From the NCBI GenBank assembly GCA_963743885.1, contig CAVURJ010000001.1, forward strand, positions 12,949-76,948: a stretch of 64,000 nucleotides of DNA. The letters run 5' to 3'. Source of the DNA: Candidatus Moraniibacteriota bacterium. GTDB lineage: Bacteria; Patescibacteriota; Minisyncoccia; Moranbacterales; UBA1568. Positions 55,112 to 64,000 of this stretch are shown piece after piece. A program made the translations under genes and the position numbers. A model generated the notes under the pieces. It was not told the origin of the DNA. It was given only the letters and a program-made list of their open reading frames with translations, and made no database searches. The first letter of the stretch is position 1. Each line of letters starts with the position of its first letter.

Positions 55112-56113
55112 CTAGTACTGCTCATCAATCTTATCGTAGATGAACTTCGAGATATCAGCAATCGATTGCTTGAGCTCTTCCGTATTATGCCCACGTGTCA
55201 TGATACAGGCCAGATACGGATGGTCAGGAAAATACACAATGCCGCAGTCATGGAGCTGTCGCTCCACATTACCCGTCCCGGCCTCACCGAACTTGTGGGC
55301 TATAGCGACGTCAGATGGCACCCCAGCCACCAGCCCGTCATTAAAATCTGTCGATGCGAGAAGAGCGATCGCCTTCTCTGAATTTTCACGTGAAAGATAC
55401 GAGCTATTGAACAGTATGCGGAAGAATCCGGCATATTCCTTGACGGTCAGCTTGGCTTCCTGGTTCGCCAAAACATCGTCTCCGACACCGAGCATCGCGA
55501 AAAGCTCCTGTATCCTCTCAATCGGAAGATGGCTCGTCAGGATCCCAAGCGCCTGATTATCGGAATAGATAATCATCCGACGAATCAGCTCCTCCACCGT
55601 ATATGACTGTCCAGGAACTAGCTCTTCACGCGGCGTAATCGTCTGATTGATACCGAAGTCGCGCGGTCCGTTATATAATATTTCAGTCGCCAAAAGCCCC
55701 GGCTTGGATTCAGACCAACGATAATACACCATCATGACCGGCACCTTGAGAAGCGACGCTGGAAAGAATTCCCCTCCCTCGCCGACACCGAACGTCGGCC
55801 CGTTGTTCAGATCACGGAAATACACGGCTGCGCTGGAAAACGAGCTCTTCCCCTTCAGCGCCGAAACGAACTCCTCAAGCGCATCATGGAAGTTTTCCTT
55901 ACGGGCATCGATAGATCCCTCAGCTACCTCACACTCAAGCAACGGGTTGATATACTTATAATTACCAGCCTGCCTTACCTGCTTGGATGCGCTTTCCTTT
56001 TTCTCATATAGCCATCCGCTCATCGGATCGCTAGCAAAAAATCCACAAATAGCGCCTATAAAAAAAATCCCGAGCGCTATTAAAGAATGTCTACGATTCA
56101 CAATCATACTCAA
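55112..56113 (-). CDS. class A beta-lactamase-like serine hydrolase, membrane-anchored
   Basis: 333 aa. SxxK (ASLLK), SDN loop (YSDNQA), KTG-like triad (HKFGEAG). N-terminal TM helix. Confidence 0.65.
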   Translation of the reverse strand: MSMIVNRRHSLIALGIFFIGAICGFFASDPMSGWLYEKKESASKQVRQAGNYKYINPLLECEVAEGSIDARKENFHDALEEFVSALKGKSSFSSAAVYFRDLNNGPTFGVGEGGEFFPASLLKVPVMMVYYRWSESKPGLLATEILYNGPRDFGINQTITPREELVPGQSYTVEELIRRMIIYSDNQALGILTSHLPIERIQELFAMLGVGDDVLANQEAKLTVKEYAGFFRILFNSSYLSRENSEKAIALLASTDFNDGLVAGVPSDVAIAHKFGEAGTGNVERQLHDCGIVYFPDHPYLACIMTRGHNTEELKQSIADISKFIYDKIDEQY

Positions 56114-56133
56114 ATCACGCCATCAAAAACCTT

Positions 56134-56601
56134 TTACCTCGAAACCGAAATCTCGCTCTCGACCTCCGGATTGCAAGCGCGGACAGTCACGATATTATTA
56201 CTGTCCAATTCTACCATATAACCCGTCCTCGCGGCATTTCCATCCCTCGGATCAAAAGGAATGTCTTTAAGGTATCTTGCCAAATCGGTGCTCAGATCAA
56301 GACAGCCATCCACATTCGATGTCGTGCACCCATGGATATCCGTAAATATACATCCCCCGGATTCCGTTCCAAGCTGTCGCCCTGGATTTTCAACTCCAGA
56401 AGGGAACTGCCCCTTATTATCGATAACGTATTGGGCGATTGCTGTTGATATCGACTCTATATCGGCATGACGTCTTGCATCCCGAGCATCCTGAAACCGC
56501 TTCAGTGGATCAAGCGCAACCACGACGACCGTCGCCAAAACAGCAATGATGCCGATGACGAGAAGGATCTCAATAAGAGTGAACCCCGAACGATTTTTCA
56601 T
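56134..56601 (-). CDS. type IV pilin / pseudopilin (prepilin N-terminal methylation domain)
   Basis: About 155 aa from MKNRSGFTLIEILLVIGIIAVLATVVVVAL, the class III signal peptide with G|F cleavage site and Glu+5. Confidence 0.7.
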   Translation of the reverse strand: MKNRSGFTLIEILLVIGIIAVLATVVVVALDPLKRFQDARDARRHADIESISTAIAQYVIDNKGQFPSGVENPGRQLGTESGGCIFTDIHGCTTSNVDGCLDLSTDLARYLKDIPFDPRDGNAARTGYMVELDSNNIVTVRACNPEVESEISVSR

Positions 56602-56822
56602 GAAGCTTGTCGTTACAGGAAGATTGTGAGGCGAAGCCGCTTCCGCGGCAGGATCTTGCCCGGGCAGTACACTCTCTCGAAAATCGTACGGGGTGAAGCC
56701 TTTTTGATTTTTTCGCATACAAAAACAGCAGAATCTACGCATAGGATAGCAGTTTTCCCGTTATTTTCCAAGAAAAACACGCTCGAGATGAGCGTGTTTC
56801 CAATATTCATCACACGGATACC

Positions 56823-59800
56823 TTACAGCGCGGGCTCTGCCGGCAAAACTTCGGTGGTGGCACCCACCTCGGTATTCGGCACCTCAACCGACGGGGCCGA
56901 TTCCTCAACGAATGGCGCCGGACCAGGGACGGTCGTATCCACAGCGGGCAGCGGCACTATCTGATCGGCTTCTTCGGTCTCCTTCTCTTCCTCAGAAACG
57001 CTCACATTTGCCTTCTTCACAGCGACAGCCACCCACGAGAACCGAAGATCGGCCGGGGCTTTCTGATTGAGGACGATCGTAAAGCCGTCCTTCCCCTTCT
57101 CCGTCACGATATACTTCATATCCGCCGCGAAGACCGTATCAAGATACTCTTGCTCCACGAGCGCAATATCCGCCCGGAGATCCTTGTCCGCCTCATCATC
57201 GAGAAGCGGCGAGACATCATTTGTCATGCTGACCGCGACGATCGGCTGCCGCTCATACGCCGTACCGAACGGCACACGAACCTTTCGCTCCCCCTTCTTG
57301 ATAACCGCAAATCCGGCCGTATCCGATCCGAAAGTCGGCGCCTGCTCAAAGGTCGTCTTGCCACTGAAGACGGCATCCCCGATGAAGGAGGCGAGCTTCG
57401 AGAAGACCGTCTCACCGGCGAATTCCGCATCTCCGCCGATCCGAAGTGCTCCCGCGACCGAAAGCTTGCCCAGGATGCTGCCGTCCATCTGGACGACGAA
57501 CGAATCGACAGACAGCTTCTTCATGGCGATAGAGAGCTGTTCCTTCACGACGCTTGCGGCTTCCGAAGAACCATTCTGGGCTCCCGCTGCCGCTTCCAGT
57601 CCGGCATACTTCTCTTCCAGGCTGCCGATCTGATCAGTGAAGATCTGGAGACCCTCGATCGAGTCCGCCTTGATACTCTTGGCAAAGATCTGGTCGGCAT
57701 AGAGCGTCGGGGTGATCACCTCGTCCGAAGCTGCCACGCGACCCGTGAAGATCTCCGACGGAGCCATATTTTTCTTCTCGTTCTCATCGCGGACCGTCTT
57801 CAGGAACGCTAGGATCTTCTCCTCCTTGGTCGGTTCTGCTGCTGCCAGACGGATACTTGCTGCATCACCGGCATCCAGCCCGCTCACAGCGGCATCCGCA
57901 GAAGCATCAGAAACGATGCCTGCCTGATCCAGAGATTCCTTTTGCTGCATCGCCAATTCGACCGGCATGCCGGAATAATCAGCCAGATTGACGAAAACCA
58001 TGGCCGTACCGCAAAGAGCATCTTCTCCCAGCCCATACTCTATCGGACACTGTGCGAAATCTCCAGGGACCGGATCATTCAAAACCTGTCCGATTACCCG
58101 TCCAGCCTGCGTCGCTCTCATGGCATAACCGGAAACAGTCGACGCCGTCAACCGCTCACCGGCAGCTGGCCAGCCATTTTGGTTGGTCACCTTGACAGGA
58201 ACCCGTCCGACAAGAGCGATAGGATAACTGTTTTCCGCCTCTGTGCCGAGAATGATGCCTGGCTGTGTCGCCACAACGCCGATCACATCGCGCTGGTATG
58301 CGCCAGTCGTCCGTTTTACCCCCGCATCAAGAGACGTGTCGACAGAGACCAGTTCTCCCGCTTCAAGCGATTCGTTAGAATAATATCTTTCTGCCAAGTC
58401 TGCCCCGCCCAACACTCCAGTATCCGGCGACGTGCCAAGAAGGCCATCGACGAGAAGCTCTTTCTGAATGGAATCAATATTCGTTATGATCTGGTCAATC
58501 GACTGGTCAAAACTCTCATCTTCACGACCGATCCAAACGCCGGCGAGAGAACCGAAGACGACAGCATCTTCAGCGACGCTGATCGAGGTAACATCATCGA
58601 AGTCCGTCCCCGTCCATTCCGTCCCGCCGTCATCGGTTTTTTCTGAATCGCCATGGAAAACATCAGTGATATACCCGCTGCCATACCCTTGGAAGACGCT
58701 GACGCCGCCGCCATCGGCCCCATCGCTCGTTCCGACATACCTCTCTCGCATTTTCCCTAGGAAATTCGTGTCCGTAACCGCGACTGAAGTCACCGTATTA
58801 CTCGAACCATACAACTGCTCCGGAATTATCTCGAAGTCAGATGTTGTATCTGGTGTTGTAGAAAACGCCGGCGAAACAGTCAGTGTCGTAGCTGTATTGC
58901 CTGTTACCCGCCTCGTTTGACCGACACCGGTATCACTCGTGATTTCAACTATGGAGCCAGCGAACTGATTCAATACCCAAGCCTCCCCGGAATCGCCGAT
59001 TGTCGTCGAGGTAGCAGTTGTCGCATCCGTAACACGCACCGAGCTATGCCGAAGCGCCTGGACTCCATCATTATACATACGACGCGCCTGGGCCTGCGTA
59101 AGCGTATCAGACGTTGTGGCACCGCCGCCTGCAAAGTAGACATCATCAATCTGTCCGTCCCAGAAGTTTCCGCCAGCTGCACCAGATCCGTCAGCTCCTA
59201 TCGTAAGGATGTTTCCGGAAAGCGTCGCAGTTGCAGCCAGCGTAGTATCACAGGCCACTGCCAATCGCCCATCAATATAGAGACAGAGCGCGGCATCGGT
59301 GTTTACCGCCGTGACGTTGTGCCATTGATTGTCATTGTACGCTAGCGTCGAAGTCACCGAGTCATCGTATGCGGCTGTCGCAGCTGTATCCTGAATACCG
59401 AAGATGATGTTGCCCGTAGAACTCATTTCAATGGTGTAGCCGATGCCCTCTGCACCGCCCAACGTCGGGTAGCGCTTATCAACCAGGACATCGGTGCCCG
59501 CCATAGCCGTCGGATGCTTGAACCACAACGACACGTGGAACGAGATGGCGGCCGTATCAAAATCAGTATCCACATCGCAAGTACCATCATTGTTGGCGTC
59601 AGAACAGAGGAACTGCGAGGTACCATTGAAAGACAGTCCCGTCCCACGCACGCCATTCACGCCGTAGGTCGGTGCGACTTCCGGCTCCAGCACGCTGTTC
59701 CGAATGGTAGAGTCAACCAAATCACCGGTCGTCTCATTGAATGAAAACATCCCGCGTGGAGTTCCTGACATATACGGCGTGATGCGGTTCGTATCATAAA

Positions 59801-62800
59801 ATTTCGACCAGCCGATGACCGTACCGGAAGGAGCGTTCACATCATGGATTTCCGTCAGTCCTTGGCTATGCCCGACATAAACAACGTCTGCCTTGGCAGT
59901 ATCAGCCGTACCTTCCGCGTATGTTTCACGCTCAAGCACCCACATCGCGTCAGCGGTAGTCGCGACGGTTGGCGCGGTTTTAAAGGCATTCGGAAGGTTT
60001 CCGGTCGCCTCATCCCATATATCGTCAGGCCCCGCATCGTTAGCAACGGACGTTTCGATATCGTTGTAGCGCTCTATTTCAGCAAGCGTTTCATTTACGA
60101 GATAAAGCCTGCCACGACGCGTAACCCAGACCTGGTTTATATCATCCGTCGTAGCGCCATCGGCATACCGCAGCACTCTTCCTGAGGTCATGTTTATGAC
60201 TTGAGCGGCATCATCCGTCGCGACAGCGATGAAAAGGTTTCCATTAAGCGGACCACCGTTCGTCTGAGTGATGCTCGATCCATACATATTGGCGCCATGG
60301 ATATCATTGACAACGTTGCTGAATATCGAGAGCGCCGTAATCGCACCGGACGAATACGCGACAACCGTATTGCGGCTCGCAATATTCTTATCTCCGTTTG
60401 TACGATCCACAGAATCAAAATTCTGGATCCGATCGTTATAAAAGTCAATCGCATACATGCCTGTCGGCGATGATCCTTTGGTTCCGACATACACCACGCC
60501 GTTTATTCCGAACACGCTCGATGGGTCATTATTGGTATTCGTACCGAGCGCACACGGTCCAGTCACGCAGCTTCCAGCCGCATCCTGGTCGAATTTCATC
60601 CACATGCTCCCGTCTTGAGCATCGAAGATATACATTGCCGAAGTAGTCGCAACAAGAATAGCTTTCCTCGGAAAGGCTGCCCGTCCACATCGGTCATCAG
60701 TGAGCGCGCATGCATCACCAGGACCATCATCTTTCGTTTCGACATACCAACTCGCACCCTGAACAGATGGATTATTGATCCATGCTCCTCCATCGCTATC
60801 ACGAGTCGTATCGTATACGAACACTGATTGGATGTTAGCAAGCGCCGTATGGTCATTTAAGCCCTTCCGTAAATAATCACCGTACACAACAGCATCCCCC
60901 CGGCTCGTTGCGCTGCCGATTTGGAGCTTTGTCGTATTCGTTACTCCATTATAGGCGGCGATATTTTCGGTACCGATACCGACAGCCCCGTTGCCATCCA
61001 CGATAAATGGTGTCGTATCGCCAGAGGCATCATCAATACGGAGACCATTGCCTATCCCACGGTTATCTACCTTGATAGCATCATTGGCAATACCAGTATT
61101 GAGCTGCTCCACGCCGAACGTGAAGGCACTGTCCGTACCAGCAGAAGCTGGGTTGCTCACGATGATAGAATCTTGCGTCCCATCCAAAGTGATGGTCTGA
61201 TTGCCAGCCGCACCAGTATTATACGTACCGGCCAGATCAGCGCCGCTGCCACCAGCGATCGTACATTCTGTCTGGCTGCCGCTATCCGTACATGTGACAC
61301 CGGCGCCGAGGAAGGCGAGCGTGGTGCGCGAGGTGAGCGATGTCGTCTCGTCTTTGACCAGGTTGTAACCGCTCCCTACGCCGCCGACAGTCGTCCAGCC
61401 TGATCCATTGTACGTGATGAGCTGATTGCCGGCCGCATCCCAAGCAAGATAGCCTTCGCCGGACGTCGGGCTTGATGGCGAAGCAGAAGCGGCGTTCGGC
61501 AGGCGGAGACCTTGGTTAGCTGTCGTACCGTGCGTGATGAGCGCTAGATCGACAAAAGCTGCGGAAGCCGCAGAAATAGACTGGCTCGCCGAAAGGCTGA
61601 TGCCACCATTCGCCGTCAGCACACCAGCCAAAGTCAAAGCACCGGTCGAAGCGACGAAGTCGGTACCGGTGTTGCCAATGTTCGTGAGGATATTGGTATT
61701 AGCATCGATGGTACCCGAGAGCGTATGAGCACCGACCGTATCGGTCGACGCATCAAAGGTGATACCGCCGTTCGCGGCGATGGCACCAGAAGACGTAATG
61801 CCGGCTACGGCCGTAATAACACCCGAACTATCAACTTGGAAAAGATCGCCATTCCCCACAGTGAAAAGCGCTGCGGGAGTGGTATCGCCAACACCGACGT
61901 TGCCACCCGAAAGGATGGTCACTTTATCAGTATCATTCGTCTTGATAGCGAAATTATGATTAGTCGCCGTGCCGACATACCCGCCATTGGGATTCAACGA
62001 TCCAAGCTCCGTCTCTATATTCGACGAATTCTCCCTCACGACGAAGTTGACTGCAGCACCGCCACTAGCAAGGCCCTGGATATACGTCATAGCGGGATTG
62101 ACGAGCGCCTCATACGATGTCCCGGTACCAAGCACGCCAAAAGCGGCGTATCCAGCCGATGTTGTATTGATACCGACAAATCCGCCGTTGAAGACGGCAG
62201 CATAATTCGCATCCGCGCCGCTCACATTGACGTAAAGACCCGTATTGGTCGAAGTACCACCAGTATCCCCGGTCAAACTTATATACTGGCCATAATTATT
62301 AATCGTACCGCCCGTCGCGCCGGTCCGTGTAACAGTCGTGTAATCCCCGTAGGTCGTATCGGTGCCGGTCGTAACGATACCCGTATCAGAGACAGTATTG
62401 GTGGAACCATACTCCGTACCGGCAGTTGTGCTCGTCGAAGCCAGATTGAGGTCAAGGATGGCATCTGGCGTCGCATCACCGAGGCCAAGCCGGAAATTGG
62501 TATTATCCCAAAAGAACTGCCCATTATTTTGATTAAGAACACCGGAAGCCCCAGCAAAGAGGACAGAGCCCTCCGTAGCCGAGGTAATCGATCCGCCGAT
62601 ACTCATGCCTCCGCCCGAGAGTGTCGTCCACGCGGTGCCATTGTAGGTGATGAGCTGATTGCCGGCCGCATCCCAAGCAAGATAGCCTTCGCCTGAGGTT
62701 GGATTGGATGGCGTAGCTGATGCAGCGTTCGGCAAGCGGAGACCTTGATTGGCCGTCGTGCCATGCGTGACCGAAGCAAGATCGATGAACGAGGCTGCTC

Positions 62801-64000
62801 CGCCAGTGAGCGACTGGCTCGCTGCGAGACTGATGCCTCCGTTCGCCGTCAAGACACCGGCCAAGGTCAAAGCGCCGGTCGAAGCGATGAAGTCGGTGCC
62901 GGTGTTGCCGATATTCTCGAGGATATTTGTATTGGCATCAAGCGTTCCAGAGAGCGTATGAGCACCGACCGTATCGGTCGAAGCATCGAAGGTGATGCCG
63001 GCATTAGCGGCGATAGCCCCTGTGGAGGTGATGCCTACCACAGCAGCGATGGCGCCGGAAGAGTTCACCTGGAAGAGGTCGCCGCTACCGACCGTAAGGA
63101 GGGCGGCCGGGGTGCTATCGCCGATACCAGTATACCCCGTTGAAAGAATAGTAACCTTCGCAGTATTGCTCGGGCCAATCATAGTGGAATTAGCCGTACC
63201 ATTGGTAATACCATTACCAAAGGCGGACGCATTGAGAGCCGAAACAGTGTTGCCGTAACCGAAAGCCGAAGCGTTATCACTAGTGGAAGTGTTGTTTGCG
63301 CCAATCGCTATAGCATAACCGGCCGTCGTCGCAGTATTGCCATATCCTACCGCAACGGTCCGATCATATGTCGCGACGTTATTGGATCCAACAGCAGTCG
63401 CATTCGCATTCCAAGCGCTGTTACCATACCCAGCATTAAGCGCAAGACTCGTACTCCCTATACTAACCATGCCCGGACCGATAGCCACAGCTCCCCCTTG
63501 GAAACTGGCAGCATAATTCGTATCCGCCCCTGAAACGTCTACATACAAGCCGTAGTTAGTCGAAGTGCCGCCCGTATCACCAGTAACCGAGATGTATTGG
63601 CCATAATTATTGACCACAGCCGTTCCTCCTGTTCCAGTCCTCGTGACGGTGGTATAGCCGCCATACGTAGAATCAGTACCACTTGTAACAACACCGGTAT
63701 CAGAGATGGTATTCGTAAAGCTATATTCCGTACCAGCAGTCGCATTCGTCGATACCAGGTTGAGATCGAACACGGCATCCGGTGTCGTATCCCCAAGCCC
63801 GAGGCGATGATTGGCCAGGTCGTAATAGAAGGATGTATTGTCGCTGGACAGTGCTCCGTTCGTGGTTGCAAAAACGACAGACCCTACGGTCGGAGCGAAC
63901 CAGGTCGGAGCACCGGCACCGCCTGAGACGAGAGCAAGGCCGGAGTTGGCATTAGCCGCCAGGACGGAAAGGGCTGAAGCCGTAGAATAAACGATGCCTC
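56823..64000 (-). CDS. giant secreted repeat protein (more than 2390 aa, 5'-partial: the ORF remains open to the window edge) with three or more tandem ~290-aa repeats, a LamG/ConA-like domain and a C-terminal beta-rich region
   Basis: The track start at 63773 is a GTG inside a repeat. The upstream in-frame translation (...FYYDLANHRLGLGDTTPDAVFDLNLV) continues the repeat seen twice internally (NFRLGLGDATPDAILDLNLAST...). LamG-like segment LSFNGTSQFLC...WHNVTAV...LYIDGRL. Confidence 0.7.
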   Translation of the reverse strand, partial: GIVYSTASALSVLAANANSGLALVSGGAGAPTWFAPTVGSVVFATTNGALSSDNTSFYYDLANHRLGLGDTTPDAVFDLNLVSTNATAGTEYSFTNTISDTGVVTSGTDSTYGGYTTVTRTGTGGTAVVNNYGQYISVTGDTGGTSTNYGLYVDVSGADTNYAASFQGGAVAIGPGMVSIGSTSLALNAGYGNSAWNANATAVGSNNVATYDRTVAVGYGNTATTAGYAIAIGANNTSTSDNASAFGYGNTVSALNASAFGNGITNGTANSTMIGPSNTAKVTILSTGYTGIGDSTPAALLTVGSGDLFQVNSSGAIAAVVGITSTGAIAANAGITFDASTDTVGAHTLSGTLDANTNILENIGNTGTDFIASTGALTLAGVLTANGGISLAASQSLTGGAASFIDLASVTHGTTANQGLRLPNAASATPSNPTSGEGYLAWDAAGNQLITYNGTAWTTLSGGGMSIGGSITSATEGSVLFAGASGVLNQNNGQFFWDNTNFRLGLGDATPDAILDLNLASTSTTAGTEYGSTNTVSDTGIVTTGTDTTYGDYTTVTRTGATGGTINNYGQYISLTGDTGGTSTNTGLYVNVSGADANYAAVFNGGFVGINTTSAGYAAFGVLGTGTSYEALVNPAMTYIQGLASGGAAVNFVVRENSSNIETELGSLNPNGGYVGTATNHNFAIKTNDTDKVTILSGGNVGVGDTTPAALFTVGNGDLFQVDSSGVITAVAGITSSGAIAANGGITFDASTDTVGAHTLSGTIDANTNILTNIGNTGTDFVASTGALTLAGVLTANGGISLSASQSISAASAAFVDLALITHGTTANQGLRLPNAASASPSSPTSGEGYLAWDAAGNQLITYNGSGWTTVGGVGSGYNLVKDETTSLTSRTTLAFLGAGVTCTDSGSQTECTIAGGSGADLAGTYNTGAAGNQTITLDGTQDSIIVSNPASAGTDSAFTFGVEQLNTGIANDAIKVDNRGIGNGLRIDDASGDTTPFIVDGNGAVGIGTENIAAYNGVTNTTKLQIGSATSRGDAVVYGDYLRKGLNDHTALANIQSVFVYDTTRDSDGGAWINNPSVQGASWYVETKDDGPGDACALTDDRCGRAAFPRKAILVATTSAMYIFDAQDGSMWMKFDQDAAGSCVTGPCALGTNTNNDPSSVFGINGVVYVGTKGSSPTGMYAIDFYNDRIQNFDSVDRTNGDKNIASRNTVVAYSSGAITALSIFSNVVNDIHGANMYGSSITQTNGGPLNGNLFIAVATDDAAQVINMTSGRVLRYADGATTDDINQVWVTRRGRLYLVNETLAEIERYNDIETSVANDAGPDDIWDEATGNLPNAFKTAPTVATTADAMWVLERETYAEGTADTAKADVVYVGHSQGLTEIHDVNAPSGTVIGWSKFYDTNRITPYMSGTPRGMFSFNETTGDLVDSTIRNSVLEPEVAPTYGVNGVRGTGLSFNGTSQFLCSDANNDGTCDVDTDFDTAAISFHVSLWFKHPTAMAGTDVLVDKRYPTLGGAEGIGYTIEMSSTGNIIFGIQDTAATAAYDDSVTSTLAYNDNQWHNVTAVNTDAALCLYIDGRLAVACDTTLAATATLSGNILTIGADGSGAAGGNFWDGQIDDVYFAGGGATTSDTLTQAQARRMYNDGVQALRHSSVRVTDATTATSTTIGDSGEAWVLNQFAGSIVEITSDTGVGQTRRVTGNTATTLTVSPAFSTTPDTTSDFEIIPEQLYGSSNTVTSVAVTDTNFLGKMRERYVGTSDGADGGGVSVFQGYGSGYITDVFHGDSEKTDDGGTEWTGTDFDDVTSISVAEDAVVFGSLAGVWIGREDESFDQSIDQIITNIDSIQKELLVDGLLGTSPDTGVLGGADLAERYYSNESLEAGELVSVDTSLDAGVKRTTGAYQRDVIGVVATQPGIILGTEAENSYPIALVGRVPVKVTNQNGWPAAGERLTASTVSGYAMRATQAGRVIGQVLNDPVPGDFAQCPIEYGLGEDALCGTAMVFVNLADYSGMPVELAMQQKESLDQAGIVSDASADAAVSGLDAGDAASIRLAAAEPTKEEKILAFLKTVRDENEKKNMAPSEIFTGRVAASDEVITPTLYADQIFAKSIKADSIEGLQIFTDQIGSLEEKYAGLEAAAGAQNGSSEAASVVKEQLSIAMKKLSVDSFVVQMDGSILGKLSVAGALRIGGDAEFAGETVFSKLASFIGDAVFSGKTTFEQAPTFGSDTAGFAVIKKGERKVRVPFGTAYERQPIVAVSMTNDVSPLLDDEADKDLRADIALVEQEYLDTVFAADMKYIVTEKGKDGFTIVLNQKAPADLRFSWVAVAVKKANVSVSEEEKETEEADQIVPLPAVDTTVPGPAPFVEESAPSVEVPNTEVGATTEVLPAEPAL
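61411..63000. repeat. intragenic tandem duplication of about 1.23 kb at roughly 85-90% identity (61411-61770 versus 62641-63000 are near-identical)
   Basis: gtacgtgatgagctgattgccggccgcatcccaagcaagatagccttcgcc... occurs at both positions. The protein repeats ~290 aa. Confidence 0.8.

Overview
High-GC (roughly 55-60%) bacterial chromosome fragment with tightly packed genes, mostly on the minus strand, interrupted by several short AT-rich patches. I infer, without a search, that it comes from an uncultivated Patescibacteria/CPR-like bacterium. The grounds are two giant repeat-rich surface proteins (2645 aa, and more than 2390 aa running off the window), a 23S-IVS-type four-helix-bundle gene, a type IV pilin, a minimal cytoplasmic [NiFe] hydrogenase, and an intron-containing tRNA. 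Housekeeping content: dnaG-rpoD, rsgA, murJ, an RsuA/RluB pseudouridine synthase, a cyclophilin, a SulP transporter. Metal homeostasis: a P1B-type ATPase, a zur-znuACB operon, and an HMA-TauE-cupredoxin fusion. Also a marR-MFP-RND efflux operon, two MacB/FtsX-type ABC modules, a SET-domain protein, and a hypC/hycI/hydrogenase cluster. The most notable non-routine features are: (1) a tRNA-Asn(GUU) gene split in its anticodon loop by a 542-nt group I intron carrying an HNH endonuclease ORF; (2) immediately 3' of that tRNA, a ~3.7-kb low-GC island with an SDH/ClpP-like serine protease plus small partner, divergent from a translationally coupled excisionase-type HTH gene and a 561-aa AlbA_2/Schlafen-like protein, which is a candidate uncharacterised defence or abortive-infection module; (3) a ~2.2-kb AT-rich insert (TrmB regulator plus two membrane proteins) bracketed by a perfect 60-bp direct repeat that duplicates the 3' end of the pseudouridine synthase gene; (4) two near-identical 38-bp perfect palindromes bracketing a PaaX-like regulator gene next to dnaG; (5) a 1.1-kb gene-free region with two consensus sigma70 promoters, an attenuator-like hairpin, a tiny ORF, and structured GC-rich RNA candidates; (6) several dispersed repeat families (REP/MITE-like hairpins, a 9-bp TTTGTAAAG array, CT-rich modules, TAGCT arrays). 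Gene calls rest on motif recognition only; no database search was possible.
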